A DNA stretch of 37,683 bases, taken from positions 1 through 37,683 of IMG/VR virus record IMGVR_UViG_3300048848_000108; one strand, given 5' to 3'. Position numbers and translations under genes: made by a program. Under the pieces are notes generated by a model. The model was not told the DNA's origin. It worked only from the letters and a program-made list of their open reading frames with translations, and did not search any database. This stretch comes from a virus. Its lineage: Duplodnaviria; Caudoviricetes. Every line of letters starts with the position of its first letter. Within the stretch, counting starts at the first letter, position 1. Shown piece by piece: positions 18,485 to 25,408 of this stretch.

Positions 18485-19624
18485 TCAATTAGTAGAAGTG
18501 AACTGATTTGAGAGCGGTTGCCAATCATCCCCTAGAAATCCTTGCATCGTCACCCATGGCACAATGACCGTTTGGGTGCCGAAAACGTAGCCCATCACGA
18601 CATAAGGGCTGAAATTAAAGGTGATACCTTTGCTGTCAAAGTTGAACTCCTCTAGTGCACTCCAAACCTGCTCTTCGTCATTTTTGTCAAGCAAGTGAAA
18701 TTCCATTGGGCTCTCCTCCTCGTCGAAGGAGGCGCTGACCACGCGTTCACAATAGTCGATAAGCCGTCTCGCTCTCTTATTGTCGTTGTCGAGCAACTCG
18801 CGAATTCCCAAGGCTCCTTGTTCGGGGCCCAAAAAGTTGAGCGTCTCCACGTAGTGATTAGGATGGGCTCCACCGAAGTAGTAGTAGGTGTAAAAACGAA
18901 GCGACAACATCTGCCCTTGCAGAAAGAACTCTTCCGTTGTCACTCCCCAGAAATATGAGTGATCGTCGCTTGGCTCCGAACCGTCGTCACTTTTCGTATC
19001 TGCAAAGTGTTTTTTTGCGCCAAAATAACCCCTTAAAGCTTTTGCTGCTATTTCGCCGTTGATCCATTGCCAGTAAATCGCAGAACGGTCATATCGAAGG
19101 TACTTTGCAGAAGCCTCATTGGGAGGCTCACTGTCTAGGACTTCAATCAGTTCAGCTTGACCATGGATCGCGGGGGCCTCCCTCGTGACCTCCCCTTTCG
19201 TCGGTTTCGCTGACGGACGGGCAAGCTGTTGCTGGCGCTTCTGTACTGCGGCTTCAAGGCGGAACTTCCAGTCATCGCGAAACTTGTCGATGTATTGAAA
19301 GCGAGTTAGCTCGACGGGTAATCGAAACTCATTCACTCGAACAAAAACGGCGAACAGAGCTCCAAGCGGCTGATCCTCGATCAAATCCAACGTTAACTTA
19401 ATTTCGCGGTTCACATCGCCGGCCCTAGACATCATCTCTTCTGCGCAAAGATGAATAATCATCTGCGCATTACGTTGGGCGATCTCCCGTTCTCTACGCC
19501 AGTCAACACCACCGACGAGCGCGTCTGTGTCCTGCCAAACGGCATGCCCAAGTGATGTAAGGAACCCATAAACCTCGTCAGCTACCGATCGGTACTCTGA
19601 GGGGTAGCCAAGAAAAATTTCCAT
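18485..19624 (-). CDS. TIR domain fused to RsiV/PdaC-like (DUF4163/DUF3298) domain; candidate anti-phage protein
   Basis: N-terminal IFLGYPSE...VWQD...GGVDW...VNRE TIR motifs; C-terminal YYFGGAHPNH..ETLNF and FNFDSKGITFNFSPY...VIVPW motifs; lower GC. Confidence 0.8.
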   Translation of the reverse strand: MEIFLGYPSEYRSVADEVYGFLTSLGHAVWQDTDALVGGVDWRREREIAQRNAQMIIHLCAEEMMSRAGDVNREIKLTLDLIEDQPLGALFAVFVRVNEFRLPVELTRFQYIDKFRDDWKFRLEAAVQKRQQQLARPSAKPTKGEVTREAPAIHGQAELIEVLDSEPPNEASAKYLRYDRSAIYWQWINGEIAAKALRGYFGAKKHFADTKSDDGSEPSDDHSYFWGVTTEEFFLQGQMLSLRFYTYYYFGGAHPNHYVETLNFLGPEQGALGIRELLDNDNKRARRLIDYCERVVSASFDEEESPMEFHLLDKNDEEQVWSALEEFNFDSKGITFNFSPYVVMGYVFGTQTVIVPWVTMQGFLGDDWQPLSNQFTSTN

Positions 19625-19746
19625 TGGATCTCGACAATAACGTGTTTTCGTAGATGCCCTCTTATCCTTTTCTTCCTACGCCCTCAACGGCTATGCTTCC
19701 TTGGTGCGCCTATAGGCCCAGCCGTAACTGTTGCTTTTGAGGTAGC

Positions 19747-20028
19747 TCAACGTTTCGCTTTGTATAGCTCCCATGCTTCTTCAATGATGACGCCCTGGAC
19801 GACGCCGCGCCGGACTGCTTCGTTCGCAATCTCTTCCGATATGTTCGGCATTACCTTGGCGTGGACCTGTCCAGTTCGCTCGCTCTTTTTGCGGCCCGGT
19901 TTGCCGCGTGGCGCGCGATCGACGAACCCATGAACTTCGCCGGCCGCATCGGCTTTTGCGATATCAGTTTCGGCCGATGGCTTTGGCTGTCGGCGAAGCG
20001 AGGAAAGATCGACCCTAAAATCACTCAT
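19747..20028 (-). CDS. parB: Type Ib centromere-binding partition protein (pTAR ParB/ParG-like, RHH)
   Basis: 93 aa, coupled to parA; flexible N-terminus and C-terminal RTGQVHAKV...IIEEAWELY beta-helix-helix. Confidence 0.75.
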   Translation of the reverse strand: MSDFRVDLSSLRRQPKPSAETDIAKADAAGEVHGFVDRAPRGKPGRKKSERTGQVHAKVMPNISEEIANEAVRRGVVQGVIIEEAWELYKAKR

Positions 20029-20690
20029 TGAAGTGCCTCCGTAAGACGCTTGTAGACTGCCATGGCGAACGCCTCGGCGTTCTCGATCGCTGTTGCCATG
20101 TTTCCCTGCTTGCTTTCCATCGTGTGCAGATCGCCGCCGAACTCGAATAGCGCGGAATATGCAGTTCGTTGGGTGAGCGGCGGTTCAATGATGTCTATGC
20201 CGCCTTCCCTAAGTGACGCCTCGATGTTCTTGTGTTGGTTGGTCCGAATGTTGCCGGTCATCGTGAAAACGACCGCGTGAGCGATCTTGCGATCAATCGC
20301 TTCCTCTTCCTCGGCAATGAGCTGAAGCGACTGCGCGCCGATCGTCGCATCGAGGATGGTTGCGCGCATCGGAATGATAACGAGATCCGCTTGGCTTATC
20401 GCTCGCGATACCATGCGTGAGGCGACGCCTTCCAGATCGACGATGACCACAGCGCCGTCAACATCGTGTTGCTTGATCGTCTTAACGATGCTCGACTCGG
20501 TCACGTCGCTAAGTGCGGTGATGCCGGCCGGTAGCCTCCCCTTCCCTGCCCATATGCTCAAAGAATGGTTGGGGTCGCAGTCAAGCATGGTTACCGGCAC
20601 GCCCTTATGGGCAAGTTCCGTTCCGAGCAAAACCGCCGTGGTTGATTTTCCCGCGCCGCCCTTCGACGACGCCACTACGACTACAGGCAT
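20025..20690 (-). CDS. parA: Walker-type partition ATPase, type Ib (pTAR ParA-like)
   Basis: SSKGGAGKST deviant Walker A, LDCDPN, IVDLEG; no N-terminal HTH; GGAGG RBS; closely resembles Agrobacterium pTAR ParA as I recall it. Confidence 0.95.
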   Translation of the reverse strand: MPVVVVASSKGGAGKSTTAVLLGTELAHKGVPVTMLDCDPNHSLSIWAGKGRLPAGITALSDVTESSIVKTIKQHDVDGAVVIVDLEGVASRMVSRAISQADLVIIPMRATILDATIGAQSLQLIAEEEEAIDRKIAHAVVFTMTGNIRTNQHKNIEASLREGGIDIIEPPLTQRTAYSALFEFGGDLHTMESKQGNMATAIENAEAFAMAVYKRLTEALQ

Positions 20691-20697
20691 CTTGGCC

Positions 20698-20860
20698 TCC
20701 GGTTGATCGTTTAATCTGGTTTATTGGTTTATCGGATAAATATTGCAACCGGGTTAATATGACAATCCGGTTTATTAAGTTACCGGATTTATCCAAGTAC
20801 CTGATTTATGAAAGAACCGGGTTGATAGTTGAACCGGGTATATCGCGGAACCGGATTAGG
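20698..20860. repeat. Centromere-like array: 10 copies of YCBGRTWNAT at an exact 17-bp period
   Basis: Motifs start at 20698, 20715, 20732, 20749, 20766, 20783, 20800, 20817, 20834 and 20851, directly upstream of parA. Confidence 0.85.
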
Positions 20861-21081
20861 TTTTGCAGGCAGCGCTACGTTCTGCGTCTCGAAAATGTCT
20901 TCGACGCCGACATTAAAATCGAAACGCGGATTTTCCTCCTTGCGCCCCTTCAAGAGCCCCTTTGTTGCTCCCCGCGAATTCTTTGGTTGCCTTGGGGCGG
21001 TACGTGGCCGGCCGAGCCGCACATAACGCGGCTCGGAACCGCCGCAGGTGAGCGTGAGCGAGCCGAGCAAGCGGCGTCCGT

Positions 21082-21885
21082 CTATCTTATAATAGAAATA
21101 GATCCGGATTCAGTCCGCTTAACGGACTCACGCTTAGACTTGAACTTATCGAGGATACGGGAGGCTTCTTTCCGAGCTTCAGGCGTAGCCTCGAACAGTG
21201 TGGCTTGCGCCGTGGCTTCAGTACCCGTTCGCGTGGTGTTCCGGCGCTCAACGTAGCCCGCCCAACGCTCCCGCTTGTCCGGATCGATATCCGCGTCTCT
21301 GATGCGTTCGGCCGGCGTTAGGGAGGCGCTGTGAGCTGCAAGGGCTTCCTCGCGCTCTTCGCATGCCTGCTCGGCATCCTCGGGCGCTGGCGCTGCCTTC
21401 AGGTACTTGCCAAGGGCGGCTTTGGCGCGAGCGGGGAGGGACAGCCGATAAGCATTGCTGGTTTGCTGGACCTGCGGGCCGGCTCCTTCGTTGTTGGTCG
21501 GGATGTAGCGGCGTAGCCAATCGATGAAGCCGTGATCACGCAGCGCGTTGAGTGCCTTCCATACGGCGTCACGCGATCGGCAAAGCTTCTTCGTAAGGGT
21601 GTCTAGCGAGGGATCTAGCCTGCCGGTTTTGAAATCAACGATATTTGCGAAGTATTCCAGAACCTCGATCGCGACCGCGCCGAGCGGCCCGTTCTTCTTA
21701 CCTGGCTGTTTCCCCTGCAACTCGTAGCGTCGAGCCGCTAGGATGATCTGCTTGACGGTCTGGCGATCGGTGCCTTTCCAGAAGACGCTTTCGCACTTCC
21801 CGGCACGGCTCGAATTGCGGCGCACGGGTTGATGTGTTCGGCGGGTGCCTGCATCGCTCGATGTCGCGAAAGCCTGCTTTAGCAT
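21082..21885 (-). CDS. repA: Plasmid replication initiator (winged-HTH Rep); start could be 21891 or 21924
   Basis: GRLDPSLDTLTKKLCRSRDAVWKALNALRDHGFIDWLRR...QTSNAY HTH; adjacent to par; GAGGA before ATG 21885. Confidence 0.75.
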   Translation of the reverse strand: MLKQAFATSSDAGTRRTHQPVRRNSSRAGKCESVFWKGTDRQTVKQIILAARRYELQGKQPGKKNGPLGAVAIEVLEYFANIVDFKTGRLDPSLDTLTKKLCRSRDAVWKALNALRDHGFIDWLRRYIPTNNEGAGPQVQQTSNAYRLSLPARAKAALGKYLKAAPAPEDAEQACEEREEALAAHSASLTPAERIRDADIDPDKRERWAGYVERRNTTRTGTEATAQATLFEATPEARKEASRILDKFKSKRESVKRTESGSISIIR

Positions 21886-21953
21886 GTCCATATCCTCGGG
21901 GAGAGAGGCATGGACGGCAGGCAAAAAATCACCGTTCCCGCAAGTGGTGACTC

Positions 21954-21982
21954 TTGCAGGTCCGCTAATTCTGAACTATCTT
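21954..21982 (+). promoter_or_regulatory. Sigma70-like promoter antisense to the rep leader
   Basis: TTGCAG-N17-TATCTT. Confidence 0.6.
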
Positions 21983-21988
21983 GAGGGT

Positions 21989-22063
21989 GTTCCGGTCCTC
22001 AAGATCGTTTTTGCATTGCCTATCCAAAAAGCCCTGCCTCGCCAAAGGCGGGGCTTTTTCTTT
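21989..22063 (+). ncRNA. Predicted counter-transcribed copy-control RNA (ctRNA, about 75 nt)
   Basis: Upstream promoter, no ORF, ends in the strong terminator AAAAAGCCCTGCCT-CGCCAA-AGGCGGGGCTTTTTCTTT; antisense to the rep 5' leader. Confidence 0.6.
22026..22063. terminator. Bidirectional intrinsic terminator / attenuator upstream of rep
   Basis: 14-bp stem (one G-U pair) with A/T tracts on both sides. Confidence 0.8.
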
Positions 22064-22286
22064 ATGCCCTGTTGGTTTCTATCAGTAGCCTGATGGCCTC
22101 TTCCATAATTGGTGCGCGAGACGATACCCCGCGTTCCAGTTTCAATCGGTCAATCTCTGCGACAATGTCGGCCGGCAATGGCAAGTGCACCTGAACTAGA
22201 CCGGCGGCTGCCTGTCTTGCCCTAGTTGCGGCTACGCGATCGCGAACATTAGTCCCGGTTTTTGTCGTCATAGTTACAGGAAACAT
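22062..22286 (-). CDS. CopG/RHH-family small DNA-binding protein
   Basis: RARQAAAGLVQVHLPLPADIVAEIDRL...SRAPIMEEAIR; lies upstream of rep. Confidence 0.75.
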   Translation of the reverse strand: MFPVTMTTKTGTNVRDRVAATRARQAAAGLVQVHLPLPADIVAEIDRLKLERGVSSRAPIMEEAIRLLIETNRA

Positions 22287-22363
22287 TGAACCGTGTGATT
22301 CTGCAAGTGGCGTCTTTGTCTTTCGACATCGATGGCGTTCGTCAGATGCAGAACCGGGTCAAT

Positions 22364-22534
22364 TCAGGCTTTGTTGCCAGCTTCGTCTTTGGTGCGGGCT
22401 TCGCACCACTTGCGGAAATCCTCGTTGCGGCATCGAGAGCATGGGCGAGGGCCGTCTCTGATCGAGGGAACCTCGCCGGTGTCGTCGCAGCATGCGCAGC
22501 GGGGAACGACATAGAGATCCCTACGCGGCTGCAT
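22364..22534 (-). CDS. Small Zn-finger hypothetical protein (56 aa)
   Basis: CACCDDTGEV...PCSRC; overlaps the end of the upstream gene. Confidence 0.55.
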   Translation of the reverse strand: MQPRRDLYVVPRCACCDDTGEVPSIRDGPRPCSRCRNEDFRKWCEARTKDEAGNKA

Positions 22535-22739
22535 GAGTATCACTGGCGGCTTTTGGCCGGCTGTAACGCCAGACAAGGCCGCGCGGCCACTGATCGATGT
22601 TGAAAAGGTTGTGGCTCTTATCCGTCCGGATCGGGGCCTCATACTCATACTTGGTGCCCCAAAAGCCGCGACGTGTTCGGCCCGTGGGGATGACCGGATT
22701 TGCGTCTGCGTAGAACTTCTGGATTTCAGCTTTCTTCAT
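22521..22739 (-). CDS. Hypothetical protein (72 aa)
   Basis: GGAG RBS; tightly packed in the leftward early operon. Confidence 0.6.
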   Translation of the reverse strand: MKKAEIQKFYADANPVIPTGRTRRGFWGTKYEYEAPIRTDKSHNLFNIDQWPRGLVWRYSRPKAASDTHAAA

Positions 22740-22980
22740 GGCGGTTCTCTCCGGGGTGGGGTCTAGGAGGTCGGACGGCTCCCCGCGCGCGCTCGCGCAA
22801 GTGGCCGTGAAGTTCGGTAAACGCGATGGTGCGGGCGGCTTTCACGTCCGCAGGCGCGGCTTGCTTCCTGCTTTGATACCAGCGGTATTGCGCCATTGCC
22901 CGGCGTAGTCCGCAGCGGTTGCTCTTGTCGTCGCAGTCTGGCAGGCGGCAAGAGAAGCAGGGGTGTTCCGCGTGGCTCAC
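22726..22980 (-). CDS. Cys-rich hypothetical protein (84 aa)
   Basis: GAGGGAG RBS, GTG start; HPCFSCRLPDCDD..RC motif. Confidence 0.6.
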   Translation of the reverse strand: MSHAEHPCFSCRLPDCDDKSNRCGLRRAMAQYRWYQSRKQAAPADVKAARTIAFTELHGHLRERARGAVRPPRPHPGENRHEES

Positions 22981-23013
22981 TCGCCACGCTCCCTCGTTTG
23001 GGGCGATGGGTTG

Positions 23014-23907
23014 TTATGCTGCGTCATCGAAAGTCACCTCACAGCTTTCTTCGCAGCCGCCGCCTACATCGAGGTCGAGCCCGCGAAAGAAGTCCATCTG
23101 ATTGATTTGAGCGTCGTCGTCTGCCGGTGCGAAGTTTCCCATCGCGGCGAGGCGACGAATATCTTCGACCTTGAGGCGGTTACGAAAGAACCGCTTTTCT
23201 TCGTTGCGCGGGTTGGCTCCGGACATCGGATAGAGCTTTTCCATTCGCTCTGGAAAATCGAATGCTTCCGGTGTTTCGGCCATGATTGTCAGGTGCTTGC
23301 GAAGAGACTTCTTCCAGCACCATTTGCAGTTGCCTTGGTAACCCTTGAGTTCCAGCCGGAAGGACTGCCGGATCCAGAAGGCGTTTACGTCCTCTTTCGT
23401 GTGGGGGAACCGCTTGATGAGCGGATATACCAAGCGCGCCGTCGGGGCCTTCGGGTTCATCCGGTCTATCTCGTCGACGCGTATGCCAATCGCAGTGTCG
23501 TAGGTGCCGGCCTTCCAGCCGATCGAGCGGCAATATGCCGTGATGGCCCGTTCTTTCAGTTCACGCGTGCAGTGGATAAAGCCGGGACCGGGAATGCCAT
23601 GCTTTGCGATCATTGCTTCAAACACTGATCCATCGCGGCAGGCTGTCCCGAAATCGACGACGCGGGCTGTCACGCCCTTACCTTGCTGCGGGTCCGTGAC
23701 CGCTTCAACCCACACGACGTTCCATCCCCACGCCTCGTCGCAGCGCTGGACGAACTCAAGCGTCTGCTCGTTTTCCTGGCCGGTGTTTGCAAAGACGGTG
23801 ATGATCTCGTCGTACTGGCCGGCAAGACGATCATGGATCAGCTTCGTCATCCGTCCGGACGTTTCGCCGCCGGAGAAGCTGACTAGAAGGCGGCGCGGAT
23901 CAGTCAT
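23014..23907 (-). CDS. PAPS-reductase-like PP-loop (adenine nucleotide alpha hydrolase) protein
   Basis: VSFSGGETS PP-loop, FANTGQE, CTRELK, IGIRVDE, YPL, GNCKWCWKK and GCEESC motifs. Confidence 0.85.
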   Translation of the reverse strand: MTDPRRLLVSFSGGETSGRMTKLIHDRLAGQYDEIITVFANTGQENEQTLEFVQRCDEAWGWNVVWVEAVTDPQQGKGVTARVVDFGTACRDGSVFEAMIAKHGIPGPGFIHCTRELKERAITAYCRSIGWKAGTYDTAIGIRVDEIDRMNPKAPTARLVYPLIKRFPHTKEDVNAFWIRQSFRLELKGYQGNCKWCWKKSLRKHLTIMAETPEAFDFPERMEKLYPMSGANPRNEEKRFFRNRLKVEDIRRLAAMGNFAPADDDAQINQMDFFRGLDLDVGGGCEESCEVTFDDAA

Positions 23908-24478
23908 CGCTGCCCCGCAAATGCGTCTCGGGTGAGGGGGTCGCGGCAAGAGCTTTGCGAGCAATATCTATTGCCTTCTGCGAATACCGCTGTGTCTGCT
24001 GATCGTGAATTGTGCGCGGCTCGGCATCCCCGATGGCTACGATAGCCGCAAGCGCCTCACGTAAATGCCCCTCGGGAGCGGGGTGGCTGTCCTCGCGGAA
24101 GTGGGGCGCGTTCTCGATCGTGGCCCGCGCCTCTTCGGCCCATTCGCTGACCTCGATCGCTTGCGATGATCCCATGACGAACTCAAGCGACAGGCGTTGC
24201 AGCCTGTTGCCGGCGAGGGCTAGCCCCCGCGAGATCTCCGCAAGAGCTGCGCGATGTTGCTGAAACACGATAGCGATTTCAGCTTGCAGCTTTTCGATCG
24301 CCTTTGTGATTGTCGCATTATCGGCGCTAATCGTGACGGTTACGCATCGGTTGACCTTTGCAACCTCATTCCAGCGAGCTTTCACGCCGGCCGGCAGGGT
24401 TGACCAGTCGCGGTCATATTCTCCGCGAACAAAGCTCTCGTACAGAGACTTGCCGAGATCTATATTTTCCGTTGTCAT
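23900..24478 (-). CDS. Hypothetical early protein (192 aa)
   Basis: Coupled to its neighbours in the leftward operon; phage-like modular helical sequence. Confidence 0.65.
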   Translation of the reverse strand: MTTENIDLGKSLYESFVRGEYDRDWSTLPAGVKARWNEVAKVNRCVTVTISADNATITKAIEKLQAEIAIVFQQHRAALAEISRGLALAGNRLQRLSLEFVMGSSQAIEVSEWAEEARATIENAPHFREDSHPAPEGHLREALAAIVAIGDAEPRTIHDQQTQRYSQKAIDIARKALAATPSPETHLRGSDD

Positions 24479-24690
24479 GACATCACCCTTCTGACCGCTT
24501 CGACCCGCGTGGACACGGCCACGTCGATTGTGTCGTGAACCTCACGGGTAGGGATGCCGTCTTCGGCCGCCAGCTCGGCAATCATGAAGGCAAGCGCCGC
24601 AAAGGCGTCGGCGCGGCCAACGGGAAGCGCCTCCCGAATTTGGCGCATACCCTGGGTGATCTGCTCTACATTGGCTTTGGCGATAATCAT
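24475..24690 (-). CDS. Hypothetical protein (71 aa)
   Basis: AGGA RBS; ATGA coupling to the next gene. Confidence 0.65.
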   Translation of the reverse strand: MIIAKANVEQITQGMRQIREALPVGRADAFAALAFMIAELAAEDGIPTREVHDTIDVAVSTRVEAVRRVMS

Positions 24691-24759
24691 CGGCGTTCCT
24701 GTCCGTTTGGGATGCCGGCGCGGGGGTACCCTTGCGGGGCGCGACGGACACCAAAACGG

Positions 24760-24942
24760 TCAGGCTGCTAGCCGGTCTAGTTCTGCGATTTTCTGTGCGG
24801 CGAGTGGCGCGCAAATGTCAATCTGCTCGGGGCTGTAGCCGGCGCGGATCAAGTCGCCCTTAGTCTGCGAACCGCACTCGCGATGCAGGTTAACAAGCTC
24901 AGTGACGATGACGGCTTGAGCATTTTTGTCGTTCTTACGCAT
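24760..24942 (-). CDS. Hypothetical protein, first gene of the PL operon (60 aa)
   Basis: AGGGAA RBS before ATG 24942; TKGDLIRAGYSPEQI motif. Confidence 0.6.
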   Translation of the reverse strand: MRKNDKNAQAVIVTELVNLHRECGSQTKGDLIRAGYSPEQIDICAPLAAQKIAELDRLAA

Positions 24943-24998
24943 GATCTTCCCTGTCCTAAATTTTCCTAGATGCCAATGACTCGGCTTGAACAGAGCTT

Positions 24999-25050
24999 TT
25001 ATAAGTTCCACTTGTTTCGTTTAGCAAGGAAAAATTATAAGCAGAACTTC
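24999..25050 (-). promoter_or_regulatory. PL-like early promoter with candidate operators
   Basis: TTGCTA-N17-TTATAA on the minus strand (25027-24999); AAG-N5-CTT palindromes at 25001-25015 and 25036-25050. Confidence 0.65.
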
Positions 25051-25092
25051 AAATATTTCTCTCGACTCACACTTGAAAAGAATCAAATATGA

Positions 25093-25107
25093 GAACGCAC
25101 CGTGAAC
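25093..25107 (+). promoter_or_regulatory. Alphaproteobacterial LexA (SOS) box
   Basis: GAAC-GCACCGT-GAAC is an exact GAAC-N7-GAAC match, 16 bp upstream of ATG 25124. Confidence 0.8.
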
Positions 25108-25123
25108 AGAGTTGGAGAGATCA

Positions 25124-25408
25124 ATGTCGGAGGGGGTTGTTTTGGGCAGCGCAACGCGTTTGAGCGTCGAGTGCTGCGACTGCGGCCGGGGCCGCTGGAT
25201 CTTGCCAGAGCAACTTACTAAGGCGGGAAGGATCTCGATGAAGACGCCGATCGCGGATGTGGCTAAAGCTCTATCCTGCTCGCTCTGCAAGGAAGTCGGG
25301 CTTCCGGGGAAGAGCGTTAGCGTACAGGCATATTTCGCAACTGACGCCGCAAGGCGCGCGGCGGAAGCGGAGGTTCTTAGAAACCAATCAGTTCTTTTAA
25401 CGGGATGA
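25124..25408 (+). CDS. SOS-regulated Zn-finger protein (candidate antirepressor, 94 aa)
   Basis: GGAG RBS; ECCDCG...LSCSLC motifs; LexA box upstream; convergent with and overlapping the cI 3' end. Confidence 0.7.
   Translation: MSEGVVLGSATRLSVECCDCGRGRWILPEQLTKAGRISMKTPIADVAKALSCSLCKEVGLPGKSVSVQAYFATDAARRAAEAEVLRNQSVLLTG

Noticed and set aside
18485-19624. Canonical Thoeris, CBASS or Pycsar system
   Set aside because: No ThsA (SIR2/Macro), cyclase, STING or cyclic-nucleotide-binding partner is present. The fused domain is DUF3298-like instead.
20698-20860. Periodic repeats as a CRISPR array
   Set aside because: The units are degenerate 10-mers with 7-bp spacers, there are no cas genes, and the position upstream of parA explains them.
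20642-21256. 204-aa + strand ORF and the 93-aa minus-strand ORF at 20789-21070
   Set aside because: They run through the centromere array (the longer one also overlaps parA and rep antisense), and I saw no RBS or protein-like features.
23014-23907. Complete Dnd phosphorothioation system or sulfate-assimilation auxiliary pathway
   Set aside because: No dndA/B/D/E, ssp or other cys genes are in the genome.
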